A stretch of DNA of 63,862 bases, the filler included, from Octopus bimaculoides (taxonomy: Eukaryota), in NCBI RefSeq assembly GCF_001194135.2. It is 9 parts of 9 records of this genome, joined end to end, with 100 filler letters (N's around TTAATTAATTAA, not from the genome) between each part and the next. Parts side by side here need not be neighbours in the genome. Positions count along the whole stretch, not along the records: positions 4,528 to 20,457 come from NC_068991.1; positions 20,558 to 24,263 come from NC_069002.1; positions 24,364 to 27,574 come from NC_068998.1; 6 more parts are not named here. One strand, 5' to 3'. Position 1 is the first letter of the stretch. Each line of letters opens with the position of its first letter. The notes under the pieces were generated by a model. That model saw nothing but the letters and a program-made list of their open reading frames with translations, was not told where the DNA came from and made no database searches. A program made the position numbers and the translations under genes. Below, piece by piece: positions 12,555-24,787 of the stretch.

Positions 12555-12775
12555 CTTCTTTTATTTTCACTAGTTTGTCATTGGACAGAAGCCACACTGG
12601 GGCACCGCTTGAAGGGTTTTAGTCAAACAAATCGACCTTCGTACCTTTTAGGTATAAGCCTTATACTTTTCTATCGTCTCTTTTATTGAAAAGTTAAGTG
12701 ACTGGGCCATAAGCAAACCAATACCGGTTGTCAACCGGTAGTACAGTTAAACACAGACACAGACGCATACACAAA

Positions 12776-12829
<54 letters not shown>

Positions 12830-13005
12830 AACAGATAACAGGCTTCCGCACAGTTTCCGTCTCATAAAATCACCACACTCACAAAGTATTGGTCGGTCCG
12901 GGTTTATTGTGGAAGATACTTGCCCAAGATTCCACATAGTAAGATTGAACCAGAAACAACATGGTAGCAAAGAGAACTTCCTAATCACACAGTCGAGCCT
13001 GCGTC
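12555..13005 (-). mobile_element. SINE family A, diverged full-length copy
   Basis: Colinear with family A head, (AC)n centre and tail. Confidence 0.8.
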
Positions 13006-13170
13006 AACTAGTGGAGAAAATAAGGGGCCATGATCCTTGAGAGAGCCAAGTGAAACAAGTAGGAGAGAAGAAGGTATTCTGAACCCGAAGACATGGCTTG
13101 GCTGTTTGCAAGAAAATGGACACCACTAAAGGCATGGCATCCAAGGTATAAACAGCAATTGTTATATATC

Positions 13171-13625
13171 GGTGCAGACGTGGATGTGTGGTAAGAAGCT
13201 TACTTCGCAACCATATAGCTCCGGGTTCACTCCAACTGCGTAGCACTTTTGGCAAGTGTCTTTTACTTTAGCGTCGCGCCAACCAAAGCCTTGTGTGTAG
13301 ATTTGGTACTTGGAAACTGAAAGAAGCCCGTCGTATACTTATACGCAAGACCGCAGTCAAATGACTGAAGCAATTAATAGAATAAAAGAATGTATATATT
13401 TATGTGTGTGTCTTTGTGTTTGTATTGATCCACTACAAATATTTGACAATCGGTGTTGGTGCGTTTACGTCCCATAACTTAGCGATTCGGCAAAAGAAAC
13501 CCATCGAATAAGTATTAGTCTTTAAAAAGTTAAGTCTTGGGGTCGATTTGTTCGACTATAACCCTTCAAGGCAGTGCCCCAGAATGGCCGCAGTCAAATG
13601 ATTTAAACAAGTAAAAGATAAGAGA
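13171..13625 (+). mobile_element. SINE family A, full length, with an extra tail fragment in its centre
   Basis: Head GTGCAGACGTGGATGTGTGGTAAGAAG; tail GGCCGCAGTCAAATGATTTAAACAAGTAAAAGA; a second GACCGCAGTCAAATGACTGAA at about 13350-13370. Confidence 0.85.
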
Positions 13626-14444
13626 TATAGTTACAAAAATAACACCGTATAGCAGAAACTTACCACCAAATTCCAGCAGAGCAATGGGAACATAAAAAGG
13701 TAGATGAGGTTTTCGTTATTTTCCTAGGCATGAGGCTTCTAGTTAAATAAAAGAAACTCCTGTGATGAACTTCGTTTTGTATTGATATGTGTGTGTGTAT
13801 AATGTTATTTGTGACATCATAAATGATTATGACGTAACAATAAAATTCGAATATTTTTTTNNNNNNNNNNNNNNNNNNNNNNNNNNNNNNNNNNNNNNNN
13901 NNNNNNNNNNNNNNNNNNNNNNNNNNNNNNNNNNNNNNNNNNNNNNNNNNNNNNNNNNNNNNNNNNNNNNNNNNNNNNNNNNNNNNNNNNNNNNNNNNNN
14001 NNNNNNNNNNNNNNNNNNNNNNNNNNNNNNNNNNNNNNNNNNNNNNNNNNNNNNNNNNNNACACACACACACATACACACACACGCACACACATACACAC
14101 ACACGCACGCACACACGCACACACACACACACACACTTGCACGCACGCACACACATACTGATGTGTGTCCAACAAAGACTTTTAGCCTGCGTCATCAAAA
14201 TTTTACTCGCAAGGCTCTGTCCGAAGCACAGCAAACATCCATTTTCTAATGCGATGTACAATGGTATTCAAGAAGAAAACTCGTGATTTCAAAGCGGGTT
14301 CTTATACACTCACCCATGTATCCGTCCATGATCACAGAATTTAGAATGACGGAGTTCTTTCTCAGCTCGTAGGATATTTTATATGTATCGTATTTTGATT
14401 CCTTTATTGATTTTAAAAGAATGTTTCTGTCATATCTTGACAAT

Positions 14445-14664
14445 ATATTGGTTTCAGATTTTGGCACAAGGCCAGCATTTCGAAGGAGGGGTAAGTCGAT
14501 TACATCGACGCAAGTGATCAATTTGTACTTATTTTATCGACCTCGGAAGTATAAAAGGAAAAGTCAACCTCAGCGAAATGTGAACTCCGAGCATAAAAAA
14601 ACATACGAAAAGTTGCTAAGTATTTTTGTTCTGTGTGCCAACGATTCTGCCGGCTCACCATCTT
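14445..14664 (-). mobile_element. SINE family B (AAGGCGGCGAGCTG head; central GTCGACTTTGCCTTTCATCCTTTCGGGGTCGATAAA domain)
   Basis: Degenerate but colinear with the other family B copies. Confidence 0.8.
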
Positions 14665-15000
14665 AAACATTGCTATGCAACTTCAAGGAAATATCGTGTT
14701 AATATATTAAAAATAATATTTGCGTGCATTACCACATTTTAGTCTGCTGGTAAAATGAACCCCCCGAAAGAGATATAGATACTTTGATTAATCTCTTACA
14801 CTTATCTTTATTATTTTTGTACTTTGTCTATATCGAAACCTGTGTCATTTTGACGCTTTTGCACTTTGACTCAACGGCAATATATAGAATATTAAATGTT
14901 GCTTCTCCTATACAATTATAGCGATATTCTGCATAATTCAAAGAGATAGAGAATCCAAGAACAAACACGTGTGAATGAAACATGAGCAGACGATAGTAAC

Positions 15001-16045
15001 TGTTATAGGGAATTAATAATAATGGTACACCCCTCCCACGTGACGATTGGAATAACCTAGTCACTATTAGTAAAGAGAAGTACGTGAAGTACGAGAGTAC
15101 GTAATAGGCGGTCAGAGATAGCCATGTCTTTACTGGTTTTACTAAGTATACTGTATACCGAAGTGGGCGTTATAATAATAAGGGATTATAACAGTGGCGA
15201 CAAAGATTTAAACAATTCATGAGGAAGTATTAAACTCGACGAGGATTTTAACAAATCGTGAGGAGTTAACAAACTCACAAAAGTTTTTGTTGTGCGAATT
15301 TTACGAAAAAAAAGTTGGAAAATTATGGAAAATTTGTTGGCTGGTTTGCTCGAGTTGCAAAAACCGCAACAACAGCAGCAGCTACAACTGCAACAACAAC
15401 ACCACCACCAACAACAGCAGCAGATACAATTGCAAGAGCAACAGCAGAAGCAACAACAACAACAAATGATATTACAGCAACAAATGCTGCAATTAGTGAA
15501 GTCGTCAGGTAAGTCAGAAAAAAATGGCGTAATTACCAAATGCATAGGTAAAATGATGTATTGGGTAAAAAGTAGAAAAGGTATACAAAAGAGAGACAGG
15601 AACCAACTAAAAAGTAAAAAAAGGAATACAAAAGAGGCACAGGAACCAACTGAAAAAGAGATTCGTGGAAAGTGAGCCAAAGAAGCTGGAAGAACCGATG
15701 GAATGGTTGTACGATACGTTCCAAGTATCAAAGCCACTGCAGGTGATTGAACCCAGGCGTACAAGTGAGAGGAAAAGAAAACATAGAGTTCCTGAAAATA
15801 GATGCCAAGCGAAAAAATGTTAAAATGTACGAAAAAAATCAAGAAAGGGAGGTGGGAGTGAATAAATAAGAGTTATTGCTAAATAAAATGACACTTCCTA
15901 AGAAAAACTTCAAATGGGAGATGTAGGGAATTAGTAAAAAAGTACCAGAGGATGTAGTAGGTGGTCAGAGAGAGTCGTGCCTTTACTGGTATACTGTATA
16001 CCGAAGTGGATGTTATATTAATCCAAAATCAAAAGGATTATAACA
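15001..16045 (+). mobile_element. Internally deleted LTR retrotransposon (Ty3/Gypsy-like) with poly-Q gag remnant
   Basis: 5' LTR 15001-15194 (TGT...GGATTATAACA); PBS-like TGGCGAC 15196-15202; ORF MENLLAGLLELQKPQQQ...QQQMLQLVK from ATG 15325; purine tract AAATGGGAGA 15912-15921; shorter 3' LTR 15922-16045 (TGTAGGGAATTA...GGATTATAACA); TSD GTAAC/GAAAC (4/5). Confidence 0.85.
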
Positions 16046-17709
16046 GAAACTTGTTTTGATTTTCTTTTTTTTTTTTATATTCATAATAAAATCATTCCTC
16101 AGAACCATCAAAAAAGGTTTACACCTAGCTTCACAATATGTTGCCAGAATGCCAGAAACCCATTTGAAAACCCTCTCCTGCCAACACATAATGTAAAATA
16201 TCACTGGCGTTTTAACTGGTGTCAGCTATTGATGAGAAGCATATTGTCTTTAAAGCCAAGTTTTGCCCGTGTTTTAATGAAATCTGTATCGCTGGCTAGG
16301 AGATGAATGTGTTTGCTTCGAATCAAGATTTTGGACAAGAATAACAATCAGTAGATTTTCTTTTAACATTTCTTTCCGTCAAGGTGAACGATGACAAGAA
16401 AAAGTTCCAGAAGTCAATGAAATATAAATATCACTAGAACTTGTTTTATCGATGCTGATACCACAAATAAGTACAATTGAATACGAAGAAGATCCTAATA
16501 GAATTTAAAACTCATAACAGGGAACAAACAAGCATTGTACGTGAACACACACACACACACACACAAAGCATACACAGTTACACACACAGAGGAGTAGATA
16601 CACATACATACACATAAAGCGTTACAATCCGAGCCTCTGCGTTGTCTGTTATCACGAGTAGTTGTTGCCCATCACCACACAACCAGTAATACACCCTTTT
16701 CATGTGCACGTGCTTTCTGTCGCGCTTTACTAACTTTTATGTACATGTATCTGTGTGTATGTACGTGCCTGTGTGTTCCTGAGTGTGTATTGTGCGTCTG
16801 TGTGTGTGTGTTATGTATGAACAGGTAGGGTGTGGTCGGAGGGAGAGAGATTCTTATTTACTCCTCACCTGAATTAACGTTTGCTAACAAGACAGATGAT
16901 GTGGCAGCAAATCTCAAATGTGGTGAAACGTGACGTCACACCTACAAAAACAACGACAACAAAAGCAACAACAAATTACAAGAATATTGTAATCACGAAA
17001 GGAAAACAAAAAACAAAAAATACAAACAGGCTTTTCCGTTGTCTCTCTCTCTCATACATACATACATACATACATACATACACACACATACACACACACA
17101 TACACACACACACACACACATACACACACACACATTATTTCCTCCGATACTACCACCACCACCACCACCGCCGNNNNNNNNNNNNNNNNNNNNNNNNNNN
17201 NNNNNNNNNNNNNNNNNNNNNNNNNNNNNNNNNNNNNNNNNNNNNNNNNNNNNNNNNNNNNNNNNNNNNNNNNNNNNNNNNNNNNNNNNNNNNNNNNNNN
17301 NNNNNNNNNNNNNNNNNNNNNNNNNNNNNNNNNNNNNNNNNNNNNNNNNNNNNNNNNNNNNNNNNNNNNNNNNNNNNNNNNNNNNNNNNNNNNNNNNNNN
17401 NNNNNNNNNNNNNNNNNNNNNNNNNNNNNNNNNNNNNNNNNNNNNNNNNNNNNNNNNNNNNNNNNNNNNNNNNNNNNNNNNNNNNNNNNNNNNNNNNNNN
17501 NNNNNNNNNNNNNNNNNNNNNNNNNNNNNNNNNNNNNNNNNNNNGTGTGTGTGTGTGTGTGTGTGTGTGTGGAGAGAGAGAGAGAGTGAGAAAGAGAGAG
17601 AGAGAGAGAAATAAAGGAACCTGTTTGTCTCTGCATATAGATTTCTCTACCTTTTTCTCTGTTTGCGCTTGTTTATTGTGTTTGAATAATATTAGACACA
17701 CACACACAT

Positions 17710-17749
<40 letters not shown>

Positions 17750-17932
17750 ACACATACACAAACACTCATATGCACAGACGCATATATATTCATATATCTA
17801 CATACATACATTTTACATATATACATATATAAAATATATAAGTACATATACGCACACGTACATAAATACATACTTTTATTCATTCATACATACATATATA
17901 ACTATATACATACGTACATTATATGTGTGTGT

Positions 17933-17971
<39 letters not shown>

Positions 17972-18627
17972 CACATTCATACATATATATTCATATATGC
18001 ATTCACATACATACATACATACATACATACATACATACATACATACATACATACATACAGAAATCAGAGTGGAACAATAGCCGTGGCTAGCCGTCTCAGT
18101 GATGATCAGGTGGGACAAAGCAACTCTCCTGTCCACTTCTTCATTAATTCTATAAGCTTGCTTTACAAGTCAATGGGTAGCCATTGATAAATAGATGTCA
18201 GCAGCGTTATGAAACGATGGTGGGAGAGGACGAGATGGCGGACGGAGACGGGTGGAAAGGTAAGGGTAAGAGATAGCAGAGAGAGAGGGAGAGATGGGGA
18301 GAGAGAGAAAGTGAACGACTTCAGGCTAATGGTAGTGATGGCGGTGACGAAGAAAGTGAATTTGTAGTGATTCTCGTAATGATGGTGGTGGTATCGGAGC
18401 GTTGCTCGTAATGGTGGTGGTGGTGGTCTTAATCATGGTGATGACGATGCTAGAGAGAAGGCGGCGTATTGACTGAATTGTTAACATGGGGGACAATTAC
18501 ATCCCGAGTTCAAATCCTGCCGAGGTCAAATTTATCTTTTGTCCTTCCGGGATCGGTACGATTTCAGTGTTGGATTGGTAAAATTGCAAGATTGTTGGAC
18601 AGAAAGCATTAATATTTACGCTCTTTT

Positions 18628-19027
18628 GAAGCGGCATGAGCTGGCAGGATCGTTTGTTTGTTGGGCAAAATAAGTAGTGGCAGTTTGTACGTCTTCACAT
18701 TCTGATCGCAAATTCCGCCCAGTCGACTTTACCGTTCATCTTTGCGGGATTAATAAAATAAGTACCAGTTGACCACTGAGGTCGATGTAATCCACATACC
18801 CATTCCCCTGAAATTGCTGATCTTGTGCCAAAATTTAAAACCAATTCGGGGAGGGGTAAGTCGATTAGCTCGATCCCAGTGCTCAACTGGTACTTATTTT
18901 ATCGATCACGACAGGATGAAAGTCAAAGTCGACCTCGCTGGAATTTGAACTCAGAACGTAAAGATGGACGAAATACTACTAAGCATTTTGCTCGGCATGC
19001 TAGTGATTCTGACAGCTCGCTGCTTAA
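18628..19027. mobile_element. Two family B SINEs tail-to-tail (+ 18628-18846, - 18847-19027)
   Basis: Both carry the family B head and central domain in opposite orientation; a partial copy lies at about 18465-18560. Confidence 0.85.
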
Positions 19028-19149
19028 TCATCCATAAAATTTTAATCACAACAACAATAATAATAGAGAAGGAGGTCAGATATGATAAAGTGGGAGCTAA
19101 AAAGACTGGTCATTCAAGAAAGTGAGTGTTCTAAACGCTGTTGATGGAG

Positions 19150-19352
19150 CCTTTACTCCTTTACCTGTTTCAGTCATTTGACTGTGGCCATGCTGGAGCA
19201 CCGCCTTTAGTCGTGCAAATCGACCCCAGGACTTATTTGATGCCTAGTACTTATTCTACCGGTTTCTTTTGCCGAACCGTTAGGTTACGGGGACCTAAAC
19301 ACACCACCATCGGTTGTCAAGCGATGTTGGGGGGACAAACACAGACACACAA

Positions 19353-19386
<34 letters not shown>

Positions 19387-19571
19387 TTATATATATATAC
19401 ATATATACGACGGGCTTCTTTCAGTTTCCGCCTACGAAATCTACTCACAAGGCTTTGGTCGGCCCGAAGCTATAGTAGAAGATACTTGCCCAAGGTGCCA
19501 CGCAGTGGGACTGAACCCGGAACCATGTGGTTCCTAAGCAAGCTACTTATCACACAGCCACTCCTACGCCT
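19150..19571 (-). mobile_element. SINE family A, best-preserved copy
   Basis: tRNA-like head with A-box-like TGGCTGTGTGA and B-box-like GGTTCAGTCCC; central (TA/TG)n; tail GGTGCTCCAGCATGGCCACAGTCAAATGACTGAAACAGGTAAAGGAGTAAAG. Confidence 0.95.
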
Positions 19572-19599
19572 TGAAAACTATCCGTACTAATCTCACAAT

Positions 19600-19800
19600 C
19601 TGGATTGAAAAAAATAGGGATATATGTGAGGATAGTATACCAACAGGAAATGAAGTTGCTTGGAACTGCAAGAATCCTCCGCAGAGCTCCCGAAATCTGA
19701 ATGAAAACCTTAGTCAAGTGGTTGCGGACAGTTGACAATTCGTTACATTCCCTTGCGAAGTTACTGTGTTAAACAACAACAATAACATCGATAACGAAGA
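19600..19800 (+). mobile_element. R4/Dong-like non-LTR retrotransposon, 3' end with (AAC)n tail
   Basis: LLGTARILRRAPEI* (stop 19698-19700) matches the conserved C-terminus of restriction-like-endonuclease LINEs; short 3' UTR, then (AAC)n. Confidence 0.75.
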
Positions 19801-20557
19801 CGACAATGACAACAGCATCAACAACAACAGCAGTAGCAGCAGCAGCAGCAGCAATAACAACAGCAACAATTCATAACGATGATGGTGAGGGTTTCTTTTA
19901 ATTGCCACAGGGAAATCAGATGAGAGAGTCATTATAAGGACAGTTTGCAATTTGAGTGGAGTTTTATATAAATGATGAGGTGTCCGTTTGCAAGACAGTG
20001 GGTACGATCTCAGAGAGATATATTGCTATTTTTAGCACACCATGGGACCACTTAGAGGCTGCTTTGTTGATTCGTTGCACTAATTAATATTATGTAAGGG
20101 TGATGGTGGTGGTGGTAGCATGGTGATATTAGTGTTAATTGTGGTACAGGTGAATGGTAGTGACTGTTGAGGTGTTTGTAACGGCATTGGTAGCGGTGGG
20201 GCTAGTAACAAGCGAAATTAATGCTACTACAATTGCAGTAGTAGTGGTAATTGTTGTTGTTGTAATAATAGTAGTAATTGCTCTTGCTGTTGTATTTGTT
20301 GTAGTAGTAATAGTAGCAGTGGTGGTGGTGGTCATTGTGATCGACGTCATCGTCGTAGTAGGTTAGTGATAAATGGTGGTGAGTTGGAAGCAGTAGTTCA
20401 GTTACTAATGTTAAGGTGGCGTTAGTGACGGTAGCGGTGGTGGTGGTGGTGGTGGTGNNNNNNNNNNNNNNNNNNNNNNNNNNNNNNNNNNNNNNNNNNN
20501 NTTAATTAATTAANNNNNNNNNNNNNNNNNNNNNNNNNNNNNNNNNNNNNNNNNNNN

Positions 20558-20880
20558 GAATCTAAAAACAGAAACAATTCCTATCATAGTAGGTGCCTTA
20601 GGTATAATAAAAAAATATTCAGACAAATACATAACAAAACAACTAGGACTTACAAATATATATAACATACAGAAAATTGCACTACTGGGCACTGCACACA
20701 TCCTACGCAAAACACTTTGAATACAGTAACCATAAGAGCATCACAGCAAAACACAGCACATACCCAAGGCACACAGAGCTGCGCTCGGTAGTGAAGTGAA
20801 AGCATGTTATAAAAATAAAACTACTGAACAGTAATAATAATAATAATAATAATGATGATGATGATAATGATAATAATAAT
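20558..20880 (+). mobile_element. R4/Dong-like 3' end with (TAA)n tail
   Basis: NLKTETIPIIVGALGIIKK...IQKIALLGTAHILRKTL; the same 3' UTR occurs at 24083-24228; (TAA)n tail. Confidence 0.9.
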
Positions 20881-21049
20881 GGTGCCGCACACACCACCTC
20901 AACAGGAGAAATGTGCAAAACAAGAAGCAAGAGAAAATTGCTTCAAATTATCAGATGCCGAAAAACAATAGTGGTCATGACGTTGGTGACAAGCGTTACC
21001 TTAATTTAAGTAAAGGGAGATAGGAGTTTCTGAAGAAACTCTAATTATA

Positions 21050-21992
21050 ACAGCGAAAATGACGTAGTACCTTTAAAAGGCGGCCTCTCGCTCAACAGTG
21101 GTTCAGTATAGATGCAGACTGACCACACCTGTTACCCTAATACAGCGGCCGCGGATAATGGAGTAAGGAGGAGGAAGTGGACCAGCGAAGAAAACAGGAA
21201 AGTGATGCAGTGCTACTTAGAAAGTGACCTTAAGAGAAGGGGCTATAGAAAACAGATGTTAACACCTTGGATTGGGAAGGATAAGCTCAAAGTAACTAAG
21301 GAGAGATTAGTTGATCAAGCTAATAGTATTAGGAGAAGAAAGTGGATGACAGAAGTGGTGGTAGAAGAGATCACAAGAGAACTGGAAAAGAAAGTCCAGG
21401 CAGTGGGAAAGACAAACAGCAACAAAAAAAATTATAATAAAAATAATAGCGGTACCAATAAGGAAGGGACAACTCGTACCATCGACATAAGTGATATAAG
21501 TGAGAAAGATCAGAAGATTTTAGATGAGTTTCAGGAAGTAATGAGTAAAGAAGTAAGAAACAGATTGTCAACATTAAAAGACATCAACAGAAGAAATGAC
21601 TAGAAAAATAGATTCGGTTATCAGGCGGATAGATACCATAAATATTGGAGAGGTTAACTTATTGATCTATGCAGGAGTGGTAGTAGTCACTAGAAGATTA
21701 GATATATCACAGGGAAAGATTGAAAAAAGAGTAAATGTGGAAAAGGAGACTACAAAATAAAGTGAAGAGTTTAAGACAAGTCCGGAATAGAATAGAAACT
21801 TGGAAACTGAACAAGTTAGGAAACACAAGATACAAACCTACCCCCCGAGGAAAGATACTTAGTCAAAGAGAAAGGATTTGGGATATTCATAGAAGAGTTG
21901 AAACAGTGTATCATAGCAGTAGCTGGCAAGCTCTCCATATATAAAAAGAAATAATAGATCAGTATCAACAGAATCGATTATTTGCGACAGAG
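21050..21992 (+). pseudogene. R4/Dong-like ORF, N-terminal part (Myb-like domain to pre-RT linker)
   Basis: RRKWTSEENRKVMQCY...RRGYRKQM...ERLVDQANSIRRRKW; MWKRRLQNKVKSLR; DQYQQNRLFATE; stops and frameshifts. Confidence 0.85.
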
Positions 21993-23268
21993 TACTGCAC
22001 TACTGGAAGTGCCAGGGTGTTAACGGCTTCGATACGATTTTTAGAGTTAGGTTCAATTTTCGGTTCAAGTCTAATTCTCCTGTGATACACCTTTCTTATT
22101 TTGTCTTCCATAGTAACATGACGCATATCATCTTTTATTCCCGGGTATTTATAATTTCCTTTTGGCTTAAGTTACTTGATGGTGGAGTCGATATCTAATT
22201 TCATGGAAGCCGTTTTTCTGAGCTTGCCTCTAACCAAGAATTGCGCTAGCACAGTTAAAGAAAGACCAAATCCACCCCGATGTTATTGCTAAACTCTTTA
22301 ACAGTTGTTAGAAGTCCTTCTAGTTCTTGGTCATTCATTACAAATAGCTTAGGATCACCCATGTAAAAGAGATGTTTTATTATCTTCTGAAGAATTTTGT
22401 ACCCATATCCGGTGTCATTCAATTCATTTGAGTATAGGAGGAGCGCCATGCAAAAGATTATGGAGAGGGAATCACCTTGAAAGATATTTCATTCGATGTT
22501 GATGCTGTTAGAATGGATCATCCCATTACTATGTTTTAGGAAGAGGCTTGTGTTACACTTGGACATGCTATTTCCTAAAAACTTGGAGGCGACAGGAGAG
22601 ACTTTGTATATCTGAAAGGCATCCATGTATGTGGGACACTATCCAACTATTTCCTGCAGTTTGTTCATTCCGTACTCAGGTTCTTGTGTTTACTCTTATG
22701 GCTATCTATTTATGAGTAATTAGTCATTGCACCCGTAAGAATTATTGTTGCAAACTTTTTAAGCTCGTGGAAGGATAGAGTTCTGTTCAAGGAACGCTTC
22801 CATTCTTTCAGTTATCATGGGTATGAGGAACTTGTAAATGGTGTTCAGACATATTATTGGTCGGTAATTCTTTAGGTTTTTGTGTCTTTGGGTTTTGGAG
22901 TATGTAGTTCTTTCAGTCAGCCAGGCAGCTATTTGCTTTGGGTTCTAAATGACATCAGTTAGAGACAGCAAGATTTTAGTGAGCTTCTGTCAATCAATTT
23001 AGCTATACGTTAGGTGTATTATCTAATCCTAGGGTTTTCCATTTATGAGACTTTCTAAAACACACCTTAGCTCTTTTATTCCCCTTCCGTCTCACTTCTA
23101 TTCTTCAACTTCATCCAATCTCTCTTTCTTACTTTCTATCCAGTCAACCTCTTCATTATACACTACTTCGTTGCTCCACATCTTCTTCCAGAACTCTTCC
23201 AGTTCTTCAATCTTAAGTGGATTTTTTACATCTATTTGCTTTTGCCAGTTTCCATATAATCCTTAGTT
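21990..23268 (-). pseudogene. R4/Dong-like reverse transcriptase segment, inverted
   Basis: Minus strand: EELEEFWKKMWS, KNYRPIICLNTIYK, IFQGDSLS, HLFYMGDPKLF (YMDD), NSKNRIEAVNTLALPVVQYS. Confidence 0.9.
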
Positions 23269-23514
23269 ATATGTGTCTTGAATATTTTGTTTTGACGATA
23301 AATTTTGATTCTTTTATCATACATTCTAAACCCTTCGGCTATCACCTGGGTACCCTGTTTCAACAATTCCTTAGCTGCAGGGGAGAGGCTTTATAAAATC
23401 AAAGATTTTATATTTTTGCCCGATATTTCGAGGCTTTCTCCTCTTAATATTTACTCCTCTAGCAAGTTTAACGAGAACTGATACATCCGTCCGCAGCGAT
23501 TCAATTTATTATTA

Positions 23515-24025
23515 TTGTGGTTGTTGTTGTTGTTGTTGTTTTAATACTCAGGGGGCTCAGTCTTGTTTACTCTGGTTCATACTGTGAGATCGGACAGCAG
23601 CATGTTGTCAGAGGTATCACAGGGTCACTTTCAACACATTATAATTTGTAATAATTGGTTGTTAATTATCGTGGAAGACACTCAACATCCCAGTACCAAT
23701 CTCAAAATCTTAGCTGTTCCCAGCAGAGCAGTCTTTCGGGATTGCTCTGCTCTCATGTCGATTCCCATTTCTCTGACACATTTCACATGTTTGCAATTTC
23801 GTATTTTAGTAGTTTGTACTTTTCAATCTTTTCTCGTACTTTGTCACTTATACATGCATCCCCAGGTATTGCAATATCTATAATCTTCATTTCCTTTTTT
23901 TCCTTTATGCTTTTTACTATTATTTTGGTTTGTCTCAAGTTCGGTTTTATTCCTAGTAAGATTTCGATGGATAGCAAGTTCCTACCTCTAACCTTAGGTA
24001 TCCACAAGTTTTCAGCTGTCTTTTA
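23515..24025 (-). mobile_element. R4/Dong-like C-terminal fragment (endonuclease region) with internal deletion and (AAC)n tail
   Basis: IPKVRGRNLLSIE joined to KPNL...IIDIAIPGDACISDKVREKIEKY; KTALLGTAKILRLVLGC*; 3' UTR ends in (AAC)n. Confidence 0.85.
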
Positions 24026-24034
24026 AATTATTAC

Positions 24035-24082
<48 letters not shown>

Positions 24083-24083
<1 letters not shown>

Positions 24084-24227
24084 GTTCAGTAGTTTTATTT
24101 TTATAACGTGCTTTCACTTCACTACCGAGCGCAGCTCTGTGCGCCTTGGGTATGTGCTGTGGTTTGCTGTGGTGCTCTTATGTTTACTGTATTGAAAGTG
24201 TTTTGCGTAGAATGTGTGCAGTACCCA

Positions 24228-24228
<1 letters not shown>
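24083..24228 (-). mobile_element. Very short 5'-truncated R4/Dong-like copy between (TAA)n tracts
   Basis: GTAHILRKTLSIQ* plus a 3' UTR nearly identical to 20700-20830; (ATT)n on both sides. Confidence 0.9.
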
Positions 24229-24263
<35 letters not shown>

Positions 24264-24363
24264 NNNNNNNNNNNNNNNNNNNNNNNNNNNNNNNNNNNNN
24301 NNNNNNNTTAATTAATTAANNNNNNNNNNNNNNNNNNNNNNNNNNNNNNNNNNNNNNNNNNNN

Positions 24364-24404
<41 letters not shown>

Positions 24405-24622
24405 TAAAACGAATGGTTTATACCTGGTAGCTTCCTAGTAAAGCACTGTCACTTTCATAGTGTTCGTTGTGTATATGGTAAATAAAAGACAGCCTGACAC
24501 ATAGGCCACGCATACACATATACATATACATGTGCGTATGTTTGCATTGGGTTGGAACAAAAGTTCATACCGTTTTTCATTCTTTCTTTTCAGCAGTCAT
24601 CCACCTTTTCCAGTTAAGATTA

Positions 24623-24787
24623 CTACGTTTTCCTTTCCATTTCACCTCTGTCTTCATTTAAAGAAACAACGTTCTCAGTTTTAAATTCTGACATTTGATA
24701 ATTTGATATTCTATCAATATGTCCAAGACACCGCACTATCGATTCTTCATGATCCCAATCAACTCGACAACTTTCTCTAAGCACTGC
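24623..24787 (-). CDS. Candidate exon (AVLRESCRVDWDHEESIVRCLGHIDRISNYQMSEFKTENVVSLNEDR...)
   Basis: Long pyrimidine tract upstream and CAG acceptor (AG at 24789-24788); 54 open codons of non-repetitive composition; possible donor AG|GTGAAA after 24646, or stop at 24623-24625. No family recognised. Confidence 0.3.
   Translation of the reverse strand, partial: AVLRESCRVDWDHEESIVRCLGHIDRISNYQMSEFKTENVVSLNEDRGEMERKT

Noticed and set aside
15292-15675. Poly-Q ORF as a host transcription factor
   Set aside because: It lies just after the PBS inside paired LTRs; better explained as a gag remnant.
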